DNA from: Piromyces finnis finn
Taxonomy: Eukaryota; Fungi; Neocallimastigomycota
Direction of reading: 5' to 3'
DNA length: 64,000 nt
Assembly: GCA_002104945.1 (NCBI GenBank)
Contig: MCFH01000006.1
Location: forward strand, 1-64,000
The translations under genes and the position numbers were made by a program. This document shows positions 1 through 11,884 of the stretch, piece by piece. Each line of letters starts with the position of its first letter. Position 1 is the stretch's first letter. Under the pieces are notes generated by a model, which did not search any database, was not told where the DNA came from, and saw only the letters and a list, made by a program, of their open reading frames with translations.

Positions 1-2203
1 CAATCCAAGAAATATGCCGTAGACGTCAATTAGATAATAAAGAGACATATTTGGCCTTTTTAGATCTCAGGAAAGCATACGATTCAGTCCCAATCGGTAA
101 TATTCTCCATAAATTAGATTGTTTAGGAATCCGAGGTAAGAGTTTACAATTCATCAAAAATTTATATTTAACATCTAAGGCTAATGTCAAATTAGATGGA
201 CAATTCTCGAAATCTTTTGATGTGAAGAAAGGAGTCCGTCAAGGATGCCCTCTTTCTCCTATTCTCTTTAATCTCTTTATTAATGATATATTTAAAGAGT
301 GTGAAGATCTCGGAGTCAGTTTAGGTGACACTCGATGCTGTGGTGGACTTTTTGCAGATGATATAGTTATTTGTGCTCCAACAAGAGGATGCTTAAAAAA
401 GATGCTTAGAAGAGTTAATGAATGGGCCTTGTATAATGAAATGGAATTTGGTATCCAGAAATGTTCAACGATGGTGATTCGTCCTGAATCAATAGAAAAT
501 CAGAACAAGAGAGATCCAACATTTTACTTAGCAGGACAACCCATTCCAACTACTGATTGTTATACTTTTCTTGGTGTTCCATTTGATAAGAATCTGTCCC
601 TTAAACCAGTTATTAAAGCTCTTAATAACAAGGTTTTGAAAGGACTTTTCTCAGTCAGTAAATTCTTAAGAAATCCTAATATTCCTATTCCCTTCAAAAA
701 GCTAGTACTTAACTCACAAGTGATTAGCAGAGTTTCATACTTTGCACCATTACTTGGATCCAACAAAGCCAGGTCTAGGATTGCACAGAAGCATGTTAAC
801 AAAGGAATACGATGGGTTGCCGGAGTTCATAAAGCTGTATCGTTTATATCTTTATACTCTATCTCAAAAGATTTGAATATTCCTCCATTGTCAGCCAAAT
901 GTGCATTAGCTCAGGTTAGATGTTTTAACAAATGGAAAAACTCAAATTGTATTATCTCACACCTTGTCAATTACATTCCTAAATTTAGAAAATACACGTG
1001 GTGCAAATCAAGTAGGACACTTGATAAAAAACTAAAGAAACATGGAGATGTTAAAGCAGTTAAAAACTTTTATTGGAAAGATCTCAAAGGGAATTCAATC
1101 AAAGCGCAATATTATGATGATAATAAGTTTATTGATACTAAAGATTTTATTAAATTATGTTATGAGTACCCAGAGTTTGCCTATGGTTTCTACTGGCTAT
1201 TGAAAGCAAGAAGCGGATACAAGTTGGATGCTAGAGTTGCCAAAGCTGCCAAATTTGTTGATCCAGTTTGTCCTAACTACTGTCCATGTTGCAAGTGTGG
1301 AGATCAAAGTATTAAACATTGGTTATTAGATTGTCCAACATTTAGAGATATCCGTATTAAACATTATGATTCCATAGTCCAGCTATTAAATTTTTTCAGT
1401 AAACGTAATTCCAATAGTCCTATCAATAATAATGAAATTGATAATATCAGTAGAGATAGTAATAATATTAATAGTAATAGTAACAATAGTAATAATAACA
1501 ATAGTAATAGTAACAATAGTAATAATAACAATAGTAGTAATAGAAATAATAATATTAGTAATGATAGCAATAGTGAAGATAATAATTCTAATTTAGATAG
1601 TAATTTAGTTAATGATAGTAATAGTTCTAATAATCCGGTGAATATTAATGTGTATGATTATTCTAGTGTGTGCAGTAAAATATTTAAATTCCTTCTTGGG
1701 GGAAGAAGTTTTAACAATATTAATTACAATTCAAGGGAATGGAAAGAACTTTGTAAGCGTCAGATTCAATCTGGTACTAACGAAGGAACACCATTCTTGA
1801 CGGTAACCGCGGAACTTCTAACCAAAATCATGCCTTTTGCTATTGGCCAGCAATGGTCAATGTTCAAAAGGTTTGAAGCAACATCCAAGAGCGTCAATGC
1901 TGAAGAAACAGTAAGACAGGCCAGGAGGGCCAGCGCAACCAATGGAGATCATAATTTTGTCCCATGATAAAATTTTGATCTTTGGCTCGGTGTCCCATTG
2001 GAAGTCAAATACAATTATTATACTTTAGTATGATAGTGGCTTTCTTACTTTAATTAAAATTACTAGAATACATTATACCCAATTTTTATTCATTTGTGTT
2101 TATTTAAACATATTTTTTTTTATTTTTATTTTATTTTAATTTTTATATTACATGTATTATAATTTTAATTAAATTAATAATAAAGTTTAAAATATTTGAT
2201 GCC

Positions 2204-2251
<48 letters not shown>
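1..2251 (+). mobile_element. Non-LTR retrotransposon (LINE) family A, copy A1; 5' part lies outside the window; 3' UTR 1968-2206, poly(A) 2207-2251
   Basis: RT motifs (GVRQGCPLSPILF, FADD), C-terminal CCHC-type knuckle (CPCCKCGDQSIKHWLLDC), 3' end ...GATGCCGTT followed by about 45 A. Near-identical to 2557-5561 and to the reverse complement of 50.7-53.4 kb. Confidence 0.95.
3..1967 (+). CDS. LINE A1 polyprotein, C-terminal part (RT - Cys/His knuckle - Asn-rich insert - C-terminal domain)
   Basis: ORF 51..1967. The frame is open from position 3 (IQEICRRRQLDNKETYL) and has no internal stops. Confidence 0.93.
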   Translation: MQEICRRRQLDNKETYLAFLDLRKAYDSVPIGNILHKLDCLGIRGKSLQFIKNLYLTSKANVKLDGQFSKSFDVKKGVRQGCPLSPILFNLFINDIFKECEDLGVSLGDTRCCGGLFADDIVICAPTRGCLKKMLRRVNEWALYNEMEFGIQKCSTMVIRPESIENQNKRDPTFYLAGQPIPTTDCYTFLGVPFDKNLSLKPVIKALNNKVLKGLFSVSKFLRNPNIPIPFKKLVLNSQVISRVSYFAPLLGSNKARSRIAQKHVNKGIRWVAGVHKAVSFISLYSISKDLNIPPLSAKCALAQVRCFNKWKNSNCIISHLVNYIPKFRKYTWCKSSRTLDKKLKKHGDVKAVKNFYWKDLKGNSIKAQYYDDNKFIDTKDFIKLCYEYPEFAYGFYWLLKARSGYKLDARVAKAAKFVDPVCPNYCPCCKCGDQSIKHWLLDCPTFRDIRIKHYDSIVQLLNFFSKRNSNSPINNNEIDNISRDSNNINSNSNNSNNNNSNSNNSNNNNSSNRNNNISNDSNSEDNNSNLDSNLVNDSNSSNNPVNINVYDYSSVCSKIFKFLLGGRSFNNINYNSREWKELCKRQIQSGTNEGTPFLTVTAELLTKIMPFAIGQQWSMFKRFEATSKSVNAEETVRQARRASATNGDHNFVP

Positions 2252-2255
<4 letters not shown>

Positions 2256-2524
2256 CAGCGCAACCAATGGAGATCATAATTTTGTTCCATGACAAAATTT
2301 TGATCTTTGGCTCGGTGTCCCATTGGAAGTCAAATACAATTATTATACTTTAGTATGATAGTGGCTTTCTTACTTTAATTAAAATTACTAGAATACATTA
2401 TACCCAATTTTTATTCATTTGTGTTTATTTAAACATATTTTTTATTTTTATTTATTTTTAATTTTTTATTACATATATTATAATTTTAATTAAATTAATA
2501 ATAAAGTTTAAAATATTTGATGCC

Positions 2525-2556
<32 letters not shown>
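2252..2556 (+). mobile_element. LINE family A copy A2: short 5'-truncated fragment (last codons of the ORF, 3' UTR, poly(A) 2528-2556)
   Basis: Starts at gggccagcgcaacc (matching about 1928) and repeats the whole 3' UTR with a few substitutions. Directly abuts the A1 tail. Confidence 0.93.
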
Positions 2557-2558
<2 letters not shown>

Positions 2559-5445
2559 CTGAAGAAAAAACAGGATGTGAGTATATGAAGAGTCATAATC
2601 CTAAGAAGGCCTGGAAATGGATCAAGAAAATTGCAAAAATTGGAAAAGATTCTTTCTTTATTGCTCAACCAATTAAAAATAAAAATGGAGAATTAGTTGT
2701 TGCTACAGAAGAACAACTAGAAGTGTGGCATGATCATTTCGAAAACCTTGCATCAGATCCAAGTGGTGTAAGTCTTGATTTGGAGCATTGGTATGAAAAA
2801 CCAATGAATAAACGTTTTTTACTTCCTATGCTTGATGAATGGGATATCAACCAAGATATTAGTATTGATGAAGTCAAGTCAGCTATCCTCTCTACTCCAA
2901 ATTATAAAGCATCAGGTCCGGATGGTATTCCAATTGAATTTTACAAAGCATTAATTCCATCAAGTAATGATTCTAATAATGCTACAGATAATAATTCTTC
3001 CGGTAATACCACTTCAGATAATGATGCTCATGGTTTAAATTTTATTCTTAAATTATTCAACCGTATTTGGGATGGAGACTTTCCCAACTCATGGAATGAA
3101 TCCAGTATTGTTTCTATTCCTAAGAAGGGAGATTTGACAGATTGTGATAACTATCGAGGTATATCACTTATCAATAATGGTATTAAGTTGATTTCCAAAA
3201 TTGTCACCACTAGAATCTCAGAATATGGTCTAAAGAATAATTTCATTAGACCTGAACAATTTGGTTTTCGAAAAAAGGAAGAAAGTATCAGTCTTTTCAT
3301 TTCAATCCAAGAAATATGCCGTAGACGTCAATTAGATAATAAAGAGACATATTTGGCCTTTTTAGATCTCAGGAAAGCATACGATTCAGTCCCAATCGGT
3401 AATATTCTCCATAAATTAGATTGTTTAGGAATTCGAGGTAAGAGTTTACAATTCATCAAAAATTTATATTTAACATCTAAGGCTAATGTCAAATTAGATG
3501 GTCAATTCTCAAAATCTTTTGATGTGAAGAAAGGAGTCCGTCAAGGTTGCCCTCTTTCTCCTATTCTCTTTAATCTCTTTATTAATGATATATTTAAAGA
3601 GTGCGAAGATCTCGGAGTCAGTTTAGGTGACACTCGATGCTGTGGTGGACTTTTTGCAGATGATATAGTTATTTGTGCTCCAACAAAAGGATGCTTAAAA
3701 AAGATGCTTAGAAGAGTTAATGAATGGGCCTTGTATAATGAAATGGAATTTGGTATCCAGAAGTGTTCAACGATGGTGATTCGTCCTGAATCAATAGAAA
3801 ATCAGAACAAGAGAGATCCAACATTTTACTTAGCAGGACAACCCATTCCAACTACAGATTGTTATACTTATCTTGGTGTTCCATTTGATAAGAATCTGTC
3901 CCTTAAACCAGTTATTAAAACTCTTAATAACAAAGTTTTGAAAGGACTTTTTTCAGTCAGTAAATTCTTAAGAAATCCTAATATTCCTATTCCCTTCAAA
4001 AAGCTAGTACTTAACTCACAAGTGATTAGCAGAGTTTCATACTTTGCACCATTACTTGGATCCAACAAAGCTAGGTCTAGGATTGCTCAGAAGCATATTA
4101 ACAAAGGAATACGATGGATTGCCGGAGTTCATAAAGCTGTATCGTTTATATCTTTATACTCTATCTCAAAAGATTTGAATATTCCTCCATTGTCAGCCAA
4201 ATGTGCGTTAGCTCAGGTTAGATGTTTTAACAAATGGAAAAACTCAAATTGTATTATCTCACACCTTGTCAATTACATTCCTAAATTTAGAAAATACACG
4301 TGGTGCAAATCAAGTAGGACACTTGATAAAAAACTAAAGAAGCATGGAGATGTTAAAGCAGTTAAAAACTTTTATTGGAAAGATCTCAAAGGGAATTCAA
4401 TCAAAGCGCAATATTATGATGATAATAAATTTATTGAAACTAAAGATTTTATTAAATTATGTTATGAGTACCCAGAGTTTGCCTATGGTTTCTACTGGCT
4501 ATTGAAAGCAAGAAGCGGATACAAGTTGGATGCTAGAGTTGCCAAAGCTGCTAAATTTGTTGATCCAGTTTGTCCTAACTACTGTCCATGTTGCAAGAGT
4601 AGAGATCAAAGTATTAAACATTGGTTATTAGATTGTCCAACATTTAGAGATATCCGTATTAAACATTATGATTCTATAGTCCATCTATTAAATTTTTTCA
4701 GTCAACGTAATTTCAATAGTCCTATCAATAATAATGAAATTGATAATGTCAGCAGAGATAGCAATAACAGTAATAGTAATAGTAACAATAGTAATAATAA
4801 CAATAGTAATAATAACAATAGTAGTAATAGTTATAATATATAATAACAATAGTAATAATAATAATAGTAGTAATAGAAATAATAGTATTAGTAATGATAG
4901 CAATAGTGAAGATAATAATTCTAATTTAGATAGTAATTTAGTTAATGATAGTAATAGTTCTAATAATCCGGTGAATATTAATGTGTATGATTATTCTAGT
5001 GTGTGCAGTAAAATATTTAAATTCCTTCTTGGGGGAAGAAGTTTTAACAATATTAATTACAATTCAAGGGAATGGAAAGAACTTTGTAAGCGTCAGATTC
5101 AATCTGGTACTAACGAAGGAACACCATTCTTGACGGTAACCGCGGAACTTCTAACCAAAATCATGCCTTTTGCTATTGGCCAGCAATGGTCAATGTTCAA
5201 AAGGTTTGAAGCAACATCCAAGAGCGTCAATGCTGAAGAAACAGTAAGACAGGCCAGAAGGGCCAGCGCAACCAATGGAGATCATAATTTTGTCCCATGA
5301 CAAAATTTTGATCTTTGGCTCGGTGTCCCATTGGAAGTCAAATACAATTATTATACTTTAGTATGATAGTGGCTTTCTTACTTTAATTAAAATTACTAGA
5401 ATACATTATACCCAATTTTTATTCATTTGTGTTTATTTAAACATA

Positions 5446-5476
<31 letters not shown>

Positions 5477-5561
5477 TTATATTACATGCATTATAATTTT
5501 AATTAAATTAATAATAAAGTTTAAAAATATTTGATGCCGTTAAAAAAAAAAAAAAAAAAAA
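2557..5561 (+). mobile_element. LINE family A copy A3, 5'-truncated between endonuclease and RT; poly(A) 5542-5561
   Basis: ORF 2585..4843 carries the complete RT (KASGPDG, YRGISL, QFGFR, FLDLRKAYDSV, FADD) and the knuckle. It has the same 3' UTR as A1. Confidence 0.95.
2585..5300 (+). pseudogene. LINE A3 RT ORF, frameshifted inside the AAT/AGT Asn-repeat (about 4830-4845)
   Basis: The C-terminus found in A1 continues in a different frame (ORF 4734..5300). The shift coincides with an extra repeat unit. It could be a real mutation or an assembly indel. Confidence 0.8.
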
Positions 5562-7201
5562 CCTAGTTATGTCGACCCAACATTTTACATTGGTATATAC
5601 TCGATTCCAAAGGTTTCTTGCTGTACTTATCTTGGAATACCATTAGACGAAGATCTTTCTCTGACCCCTATTCTGTCTAATATGTACAAAAAAGTTCAGA
5701 AATCTTTATTTTCTTTTAAGAGCTTCCTCACTAACAATTGTGTTCCTATTGGCTTAAAAAATATAGTAATTCATTCCTATATTTTAAGCAAAGTCTCTTA
5801 TTATGCTCCTTTACTTGGTTCCAACAAAAATAGAACTAGAAGAGCAATCTCTTATCAATACTGCTGTTTTATGGAGTGTCAATAGCTTTCACAATAAAAG
5901 TCTTAATAATAAATATTTTGTTTTTGAACGAAATTCATTTATTAGTCTGTACGCTCTTACAAGAGATATGAAGATTCCTACCCTTTCAGGTATTTGTGCT
6001 GCGTAACAAGTGAAATGTTTTGTTAAATGGAGAAAATCGAATTGTATTATTAAAGATCTCGTCCAATCTATTCCTCCCATGTCTCATTACTCTTGGGCCA
6101 AAGAATCTTGTTCACTTCATAAGAAGCTTATGAAAATAAATATTATAAGTACTAAAGATATTAGAGAATATTATTGGAATAATAGTAGCCTAAATAATGG
6201 AAGTAAAGCCCTCAGATATACTAACAACAAATTCCTTAATTCAAATCGCCTAATGCATATCGATCTCAACAAACCTCACTTAAATTTAGGAATTACCTGG
6301 ATTATTCGTATTCGATGTGGTTATGAAAATACTACCCGAATTGCTATTGCCAGTAATAGAGTTACTCCTGACTGCCTTCGTGTCTGTCCATGTTGCGGAT
6401 ATGACGAACAATCTTTTTACCATTGGATATTAGAATGTTCTGCATTCTCTGAGTACAGAACTTCTCCACTTAGCTTTCTTGACGATCTTTTTGCTCTTTT
6501 TCACCTTTTTCACAAGAAATACAATAATCAATTCATCACTTTACTTACTCCCTGAAATGGAAGTAAGGAAAACAATTTATAACTATATTTTTACGTTCCT
6601 TCTTGATGGAGCTTTAGCTTATGACGAGCTACAAATCGATAAGGCAAAATAAAGATATTTGAATGAACAGCTTTACAGTTCATCAAGTTCATCAGGGTTT
6701 CATGTTCCATATATAGATGGTCTTGTGGCTTTTCTTACTAAAACAATCCCTATCATTAGTAGTTCAATGAAGCTACTTTTTGATAGGTTTAATAAGACAC
6801 CTAACGTAATCAAGAGCGCCTATGGCGTACTTATATGGCAAAGGAACATTCCTAATGTTCCGTACACAGGATTCAATGTTAGTATTTCTTTGAATGAAAA
6901 TATTATAAGCTCATAGGAGAGTTTAGTGGACACTACATTGTCATACCTGATGTTACTTTCCTTTTTTATTTCATTTAATTTATTAGGTAGGAACCAATCC
7001 CACACAGTATGAATTGCAAAGTTCATTGAATTTTTATGCAACTTTAATAATTATTTTATTTTATATTTATATTATATGTGTATATTTAATTACTTTTATT
7101 TATTATTTATTATATCAATATATATTATTAATTAATTATGTAATATCTCAAATTAAATAAATAAATACAAGGAGTATATTCTTTTCCTAGTCTAAAAAAA
7201 A
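5562..7201 (+). mobile_element. Degenerate LINE, related family B (post-RT region, knuckle, C-terminus, 3' UTR, short A tail)
   Basis: From 5562 it reads PSYVDPTFYIG...CTYLGIPLDEDLSL...SKVSYYAPLLGSNK, ...WIIRIRCGY...CPCCGYDEQSFYHWILEC. This is homologous to but divergent from family A, with frameshifts and stops. It ends cctagtct(A)n. Confidence 0.85.
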
Positions 7202-7261
7202 TTATAATTTTAGTTGTAACTTAAATAATAAAATATTTATATATAATGATATAAATATTTT

Positions 7262-7389
7262 ATTATTTTTTATTTATTATTTATCATATCAATATGTATT
7301 ATTACCTAATACAATAAAATATTAAATAAATAAATACAAGAATTATATTTTCTTCCTAGTCTAAAAATAAAAAATAAAAAAAAAAAAAA
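7262..7389 (+). mobile_element. Second, tandem copy of the family B 3' end with its own A-rich tail
   Basis: tttattatttat..atatcaatat...attaaataaataaatacaag..tatatt....cctagtctaaaaa is repeated from about 7085-7201. The start boundary is approximate. Confidence 0.65.
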
Positions 7390-7693
7390 TTGACTATAAA
7401 CTGTTAATATTTGAAAGGTTAAAACAACAATTAAGAACGCCAATGCTTTAAATACATATGGATTATAGTTTAAATTAAAATAGTAATAAAAATATATATT
7501 AAAGCAAGAATATATAAAGCATTAATTCAATTAGTTTATTTATTTATAATCAATGAATTTAAAATTAAAATAAAATAAAAAAAAATCTATATGTTGTATT
7601 GGTCATTTTATTATAATTTATTAAATTGTTTTTATATACATTTATACATTAAATAATCTTATATGAAATAAAAATAAAAATATGTATCATCAT

Positions 7694-8266
7694 TTAATTT
7701 TTTATTGGTTTTATAGTATAGAATAAACAAATATTTGTTGTTTTTTCTTCCCATCCTCTATTACCAGATGATGTTATCATAAATCGACATGTAGGATCAA
7801 TGTCTAGAAAAATTTAAAATATATTATTTAAAGTGTTTATCAGCAAATTGTGTATATTAAATCGAAAGATTATTATTTAGGAAAAACTTACATATTTCTG
7901 AAATCATTCCTCCGTGATGACCAGGTATAATAATAAATGATACTTGTGGTACCCCTAATTTATTGGAAAGAATATGTTCTTTATCTAATACAGTTTCATT
8001 TTCCATAAGATTCCACATACGAATATTATCATTTGATGCACTATAAGAAAAAAAAAATATATATATTAGAATAAATTATTATAATAAGAGGCTTTTCTAT
8101 TATTATTTATTATCTTTTTAGATATATATTATTTAATTACCATATAATTTGTTTACTATTAGGTAAGCATTTGACATTATATACAGGACCAGAACCTTTT
8201 GGGAGTGATAATTGTCTAATTAATTTTCCTTCTTTTACATCCCATTCATCCACTAATAAAGGAAAA

Positions 8267-8301
<35 letters not shown>

Positions 8302-8732
8302 ATATTAATAAAGTTTTAATTAATAATTATATTTAGTATTGATATTTCAAAAAATTTAAGTATATATAAGCAGAATTAAAAAAGTCACCTGTAGAGTTTC
8401 TTCTACCAATATAAACAATTGATCCATCAGCACTCCAACATGATGAAAGGGCCCATGGAGGTGTTTTATTATCATTTAATACTAAACTTCTAGCAGGTGT
8501 ACTAGAACGTTTATCCCATAAATAAGTTTTACCATCAGCACTTGTTGTAAGTAATAAAGAATCTTCAGTAGGTCTCATAAATATAGGACTGTCAGTAACT
8601 GGGTCATTTTCAGCTATATTTTTTGGTTGATAAGCTAATGAAGAAATTTGTGTTTTATGTTCTGTATAAGTATGAATAGTTTCACCATTATTTAAATCCC
8701 AAATCTTTTTAAATTAAATTAAATTAAATTAA

Positions 8733-8766
<34 letters not shown>

Positions 8767-10567
8767 TAATAATTTAAATATTAAGCATATATAATATAGA
8801 ATAGGAATGATATTTATTGAAAGATAATTGAAATAATTTACTTTAACTGTTTTATCCCAGGAACCACTTGCAAAAGACTTTTCATCTGCACTTAGCTTTA
8901 AACATGAAACAATACCTGTATGTTCTCTAAAAGAATGATGACACTTTTTATATATAAATATACAAAGTATTTAATTAAATCTTAAATTTATTATTTTATT
9001 ATTTATACTTCTGGATACTTACGGTTCCTTCATCATGTCTTAGTGTCCATAAATTAATAGTACCACTCTGATAAAATTGAAATATAATTAATATATATAT
9101 ATATATAATTTTTAGTATTGTTATTTATTATTATTATTATTATTATTGAATATATATTATTTATTAAATAAATTACCTTAAATCCACTCAGACCAAAAAT
9201 TGCTTGAGAGTGGATATCTAAACTATATACTGGTGATTTTCTTCTATACAAATATTCCGTTTGATTTTGCATTTCATTATTAAATTCTTGTTCTATTTTT
9301 AGTTCTTTTTTTGATAATTTTACAGGAGGTGAACCAGTTTTATCATCTTTTTTAGTTTCATCTCCTTTTAATGCAACTTTCTTTTTTCCATATTTTTCTA
9401 ATAAATAATCATCTTCTTCAGGAACTGTAATATTAACATTTCGATTTTATTGATAATTATAAAAATAAATATATTTATATAGTAATATATAATGTATAAA
9501 AATATAAAATCGGATATATTATTATTATTATCATTATCATTATAGTTATTATTATTGATTTTGTTATTATTGTCGTTATTATTGTTAGCAATATAATATT
9601 TATTTTAATATTTAGAATTGAAAATTATTTTTGTTTAAAATATTTTTAAATACCATATTCATCATTTTCCCATGAAGAAACAAAAACAGCATTCTATTTT
9701 AAAATTTTTTTCATTATGAATGCATCCATAAACATAGAATTAGATAATTTAATAATATTATTTAAAAGTATTAGTATTTTATTCTAATTACTTGTGTAAC
9801 AGACTCCACATAATAATGCTTTTGAACTTGTGTTAATAAACTTTGTCCATTTATTGAATTTATAAAATCATACTTTCGAATTTCACCATCTTCACCTCCA
9901 GTGTACAACCTATTTTTTTATTTTTATTTTTTAATGAAATTTAATTAAAGATAATAATAGTAATAATAAAAACTATTTCTTAAGGTGAATTATTACCAAC
10001 GCATATGTTTTGTAGCTGCTACCGAAGAAATACCACTTGGGTGACTAGCGACAGTCTTTTTATATTAAATATTTATAAAATATAATAAAATACAATAAAT
10101 AAATTTGTGATAATATTTATTATTTTTTAACATTTCAGTAATTAAGAAATTAACATATATAATAAATATTTATAAAAATTGTATATGTTAAGACATTTTG
10201 TATTAATTATTAATATAATTGGTAATTTAAAATAAAAAAAAGTTCTTTTAATTAAAACTTTTTCTTTTATATTATATATTAAATTTATTATTAAAGGATT
10301 AAAATATTTTTTTTGATAACAACATACATTTGGAACAATATCGTAAGTTTTGCATTTTGTATAATCTCCAACTCTTGATTCTGATGTTATTTAAAATGTA
10401 AAGTAGGCAAATAGAATTATTATTAATATACTCATATCAAAATAAATCATCATTATTATTGTTACTATTTTCAATTTTTATTATTATAAAAATTTACGAT
10501 ATATTTCATCTATATATTGCTTTAATTCAAGATCTTCAACATCTGAATCACTTTCGTCAACTTCCAT
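7694..10567 (-). CDS. SPT8: SAGA complex WD40 subunit Spt8 (multi-exon)
   Basis: Exons spliced by eye give an acidic N-terminus MEVDESDSD, LYTGGEDG.IRKYDF, WD repeats, PPWALSSCWS.DG..VYIGRRN, IIPGHHGGMIS and RFMITSSGNRGW, which I recognise as Spt8 signature segments. Stop TAA at 7694-7696. Confidence 0.87.
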
Positions 10568-10900
10568 TGTTATTATTATAAAGATATTTGAAATTGAAGT
10601 TTCTAAAGATTAGGTTTTTAAAATTTCAATTTTAATTTATTATTTTTAGATAAAAATTACACAAAAATAAATTATAAAAAAAAATATATATATTATTTTT
10701 TTTAAATATATAAAATGATAAAAAGTCTTTTCTTTTTTCTTTACTGTTTTATTAATACTTATTTTTGATTATTTTTAACACAAAATTAAATAAGTTGTTA
10801 TAAGAGAGATAGTTTGCAATTAATAAATAATAATTAATATGAAACATACATATATTACATAAAAGTTTTTTTTTTTTTTTTTTTGTTTGTTTGTTTTATT

Positions 10901-11719
10901 TTAGGGATCTATTTTTAATTTTATTATTTTATTATTTTCAACTTCTGATGGTTTATATACATAGTCATAATTATCTGATAAGTATTCCTTTTCATCTTGA
11001 CTATCATATATTTCTTCTGAATCTTCTCCACTATTCTCATCAGAGACTTTATTTGCTTTTTTGTGTCGCCGATAAGTTCTAATTACATAAATAGCAATCC
11101 ATATTAGAGCTATTACCGATATTACAATAACAATAAAAAGTAAAATGAAAATAATATTAGCAAAATCAGGAACATCATTATCTATTTCATTAGAAGTAAT
11201 GGTTTTTTGTTGCGTTATGGGAAAACAAGTGTATGTATTAGAACAAGGTGATGTATGTTGAATAATAGAACAATAGTTCAAGCTATTATTTTTTGTATGA
11301 TAAATGACTGGATAATCAGTACTATTTTTTCTTTTTCTAAAAGTTATTATTTTATAATTTAAATATTCTTGAGAAATATTACTTATTGATTTTGATTTAA
11401 GTGATAGAAGGTCATCAATATATTCATTATTCATACAATCTTTACAACAAGAAATACAACCTAATTGATTATTAATATCTATTAATGAATATTCTTGAAT
11501 ATTATTAAAAACAAATGTATTTTCTATAAAACAGTTATCCTTAGCATTCCATTGATAACAAAACTTATTATTTAAGGCATTGCTATTGCTGTAATTATCA
11601 TTTTCATTGTTATTTCCAGTATTCCTTTTTTGGTTATATTTATAGTTATTTGTATCTTCTTTACAATATTTTTCTTTGTATTCAAATGGAAAGGTTATTT
11701 CATCTTGAACTCTCTCCAT
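10901..11719 (-). CDS. Hypothetical single-pass membrane protein with Cys-rich N-terminal region and acidic tail
   Basis: Intronless 272-codon ORF in very AT-rich DNA. It has clustered Cys residues (GCISCCKDC) and a hydrophobic run (FANIIFILLFIVIVISVIALIWIAIYVI) followed by basic residues. No homologue was recognised. Confidence 0.65.
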   Translation of the reverse strand: MERVQDEITFPFEYKEKYCKEDTNNYKYNQKRNTGNNNENDNYSNSNALNNKFCYQWNAKDNCFIENTFVFNNIQEYSLIDINNQLGCISCCKDCMNNEYIDDLLSLKSKSISNISQEYLNYKIITFRKRKNSTDYPVIYHTKNNSLNYCSIIQHTSPCSNTYTCFPITQQKTITSNEIDNDVPDFANIIFILLFIVIVISVIALIWIAIYVIRTYRRHKKANKVSDENSGEDSEEIYDSQDEKEYLSDNYDYVYKPSEVENNKIIKLKIDP

Positions 11720-11845
11720 TTTTCTATTTAAATTATTTTAGTATTTTAATATTCCAATATATAATAGATTTTTATATATATTTATAATTGGATAAATTCT
11801 TTTATTTTAATAATAAATATTGATATAAAATGCTTCTTCTAAATT

Positions 11846-11884
<39 letters not shown>

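Noticed and set aside
560-802. Short antisense or alternate-frame ORFs inside LINE, Gypsy and host CDS (e.g. 3868-4068, 52105-52305, 57984-58274, 58609-58932, 15044-15274, 48897-49139)
   Set aside because: They are shadows of real coding sequence with no independent motifs.
1-7389. Telomeric HeT-A/TART-like role for the LINE stack
   Set aside because: No telomeric repeats are visible and the window's chromosomal position is unknown, so this cannot be supported from the sequence.
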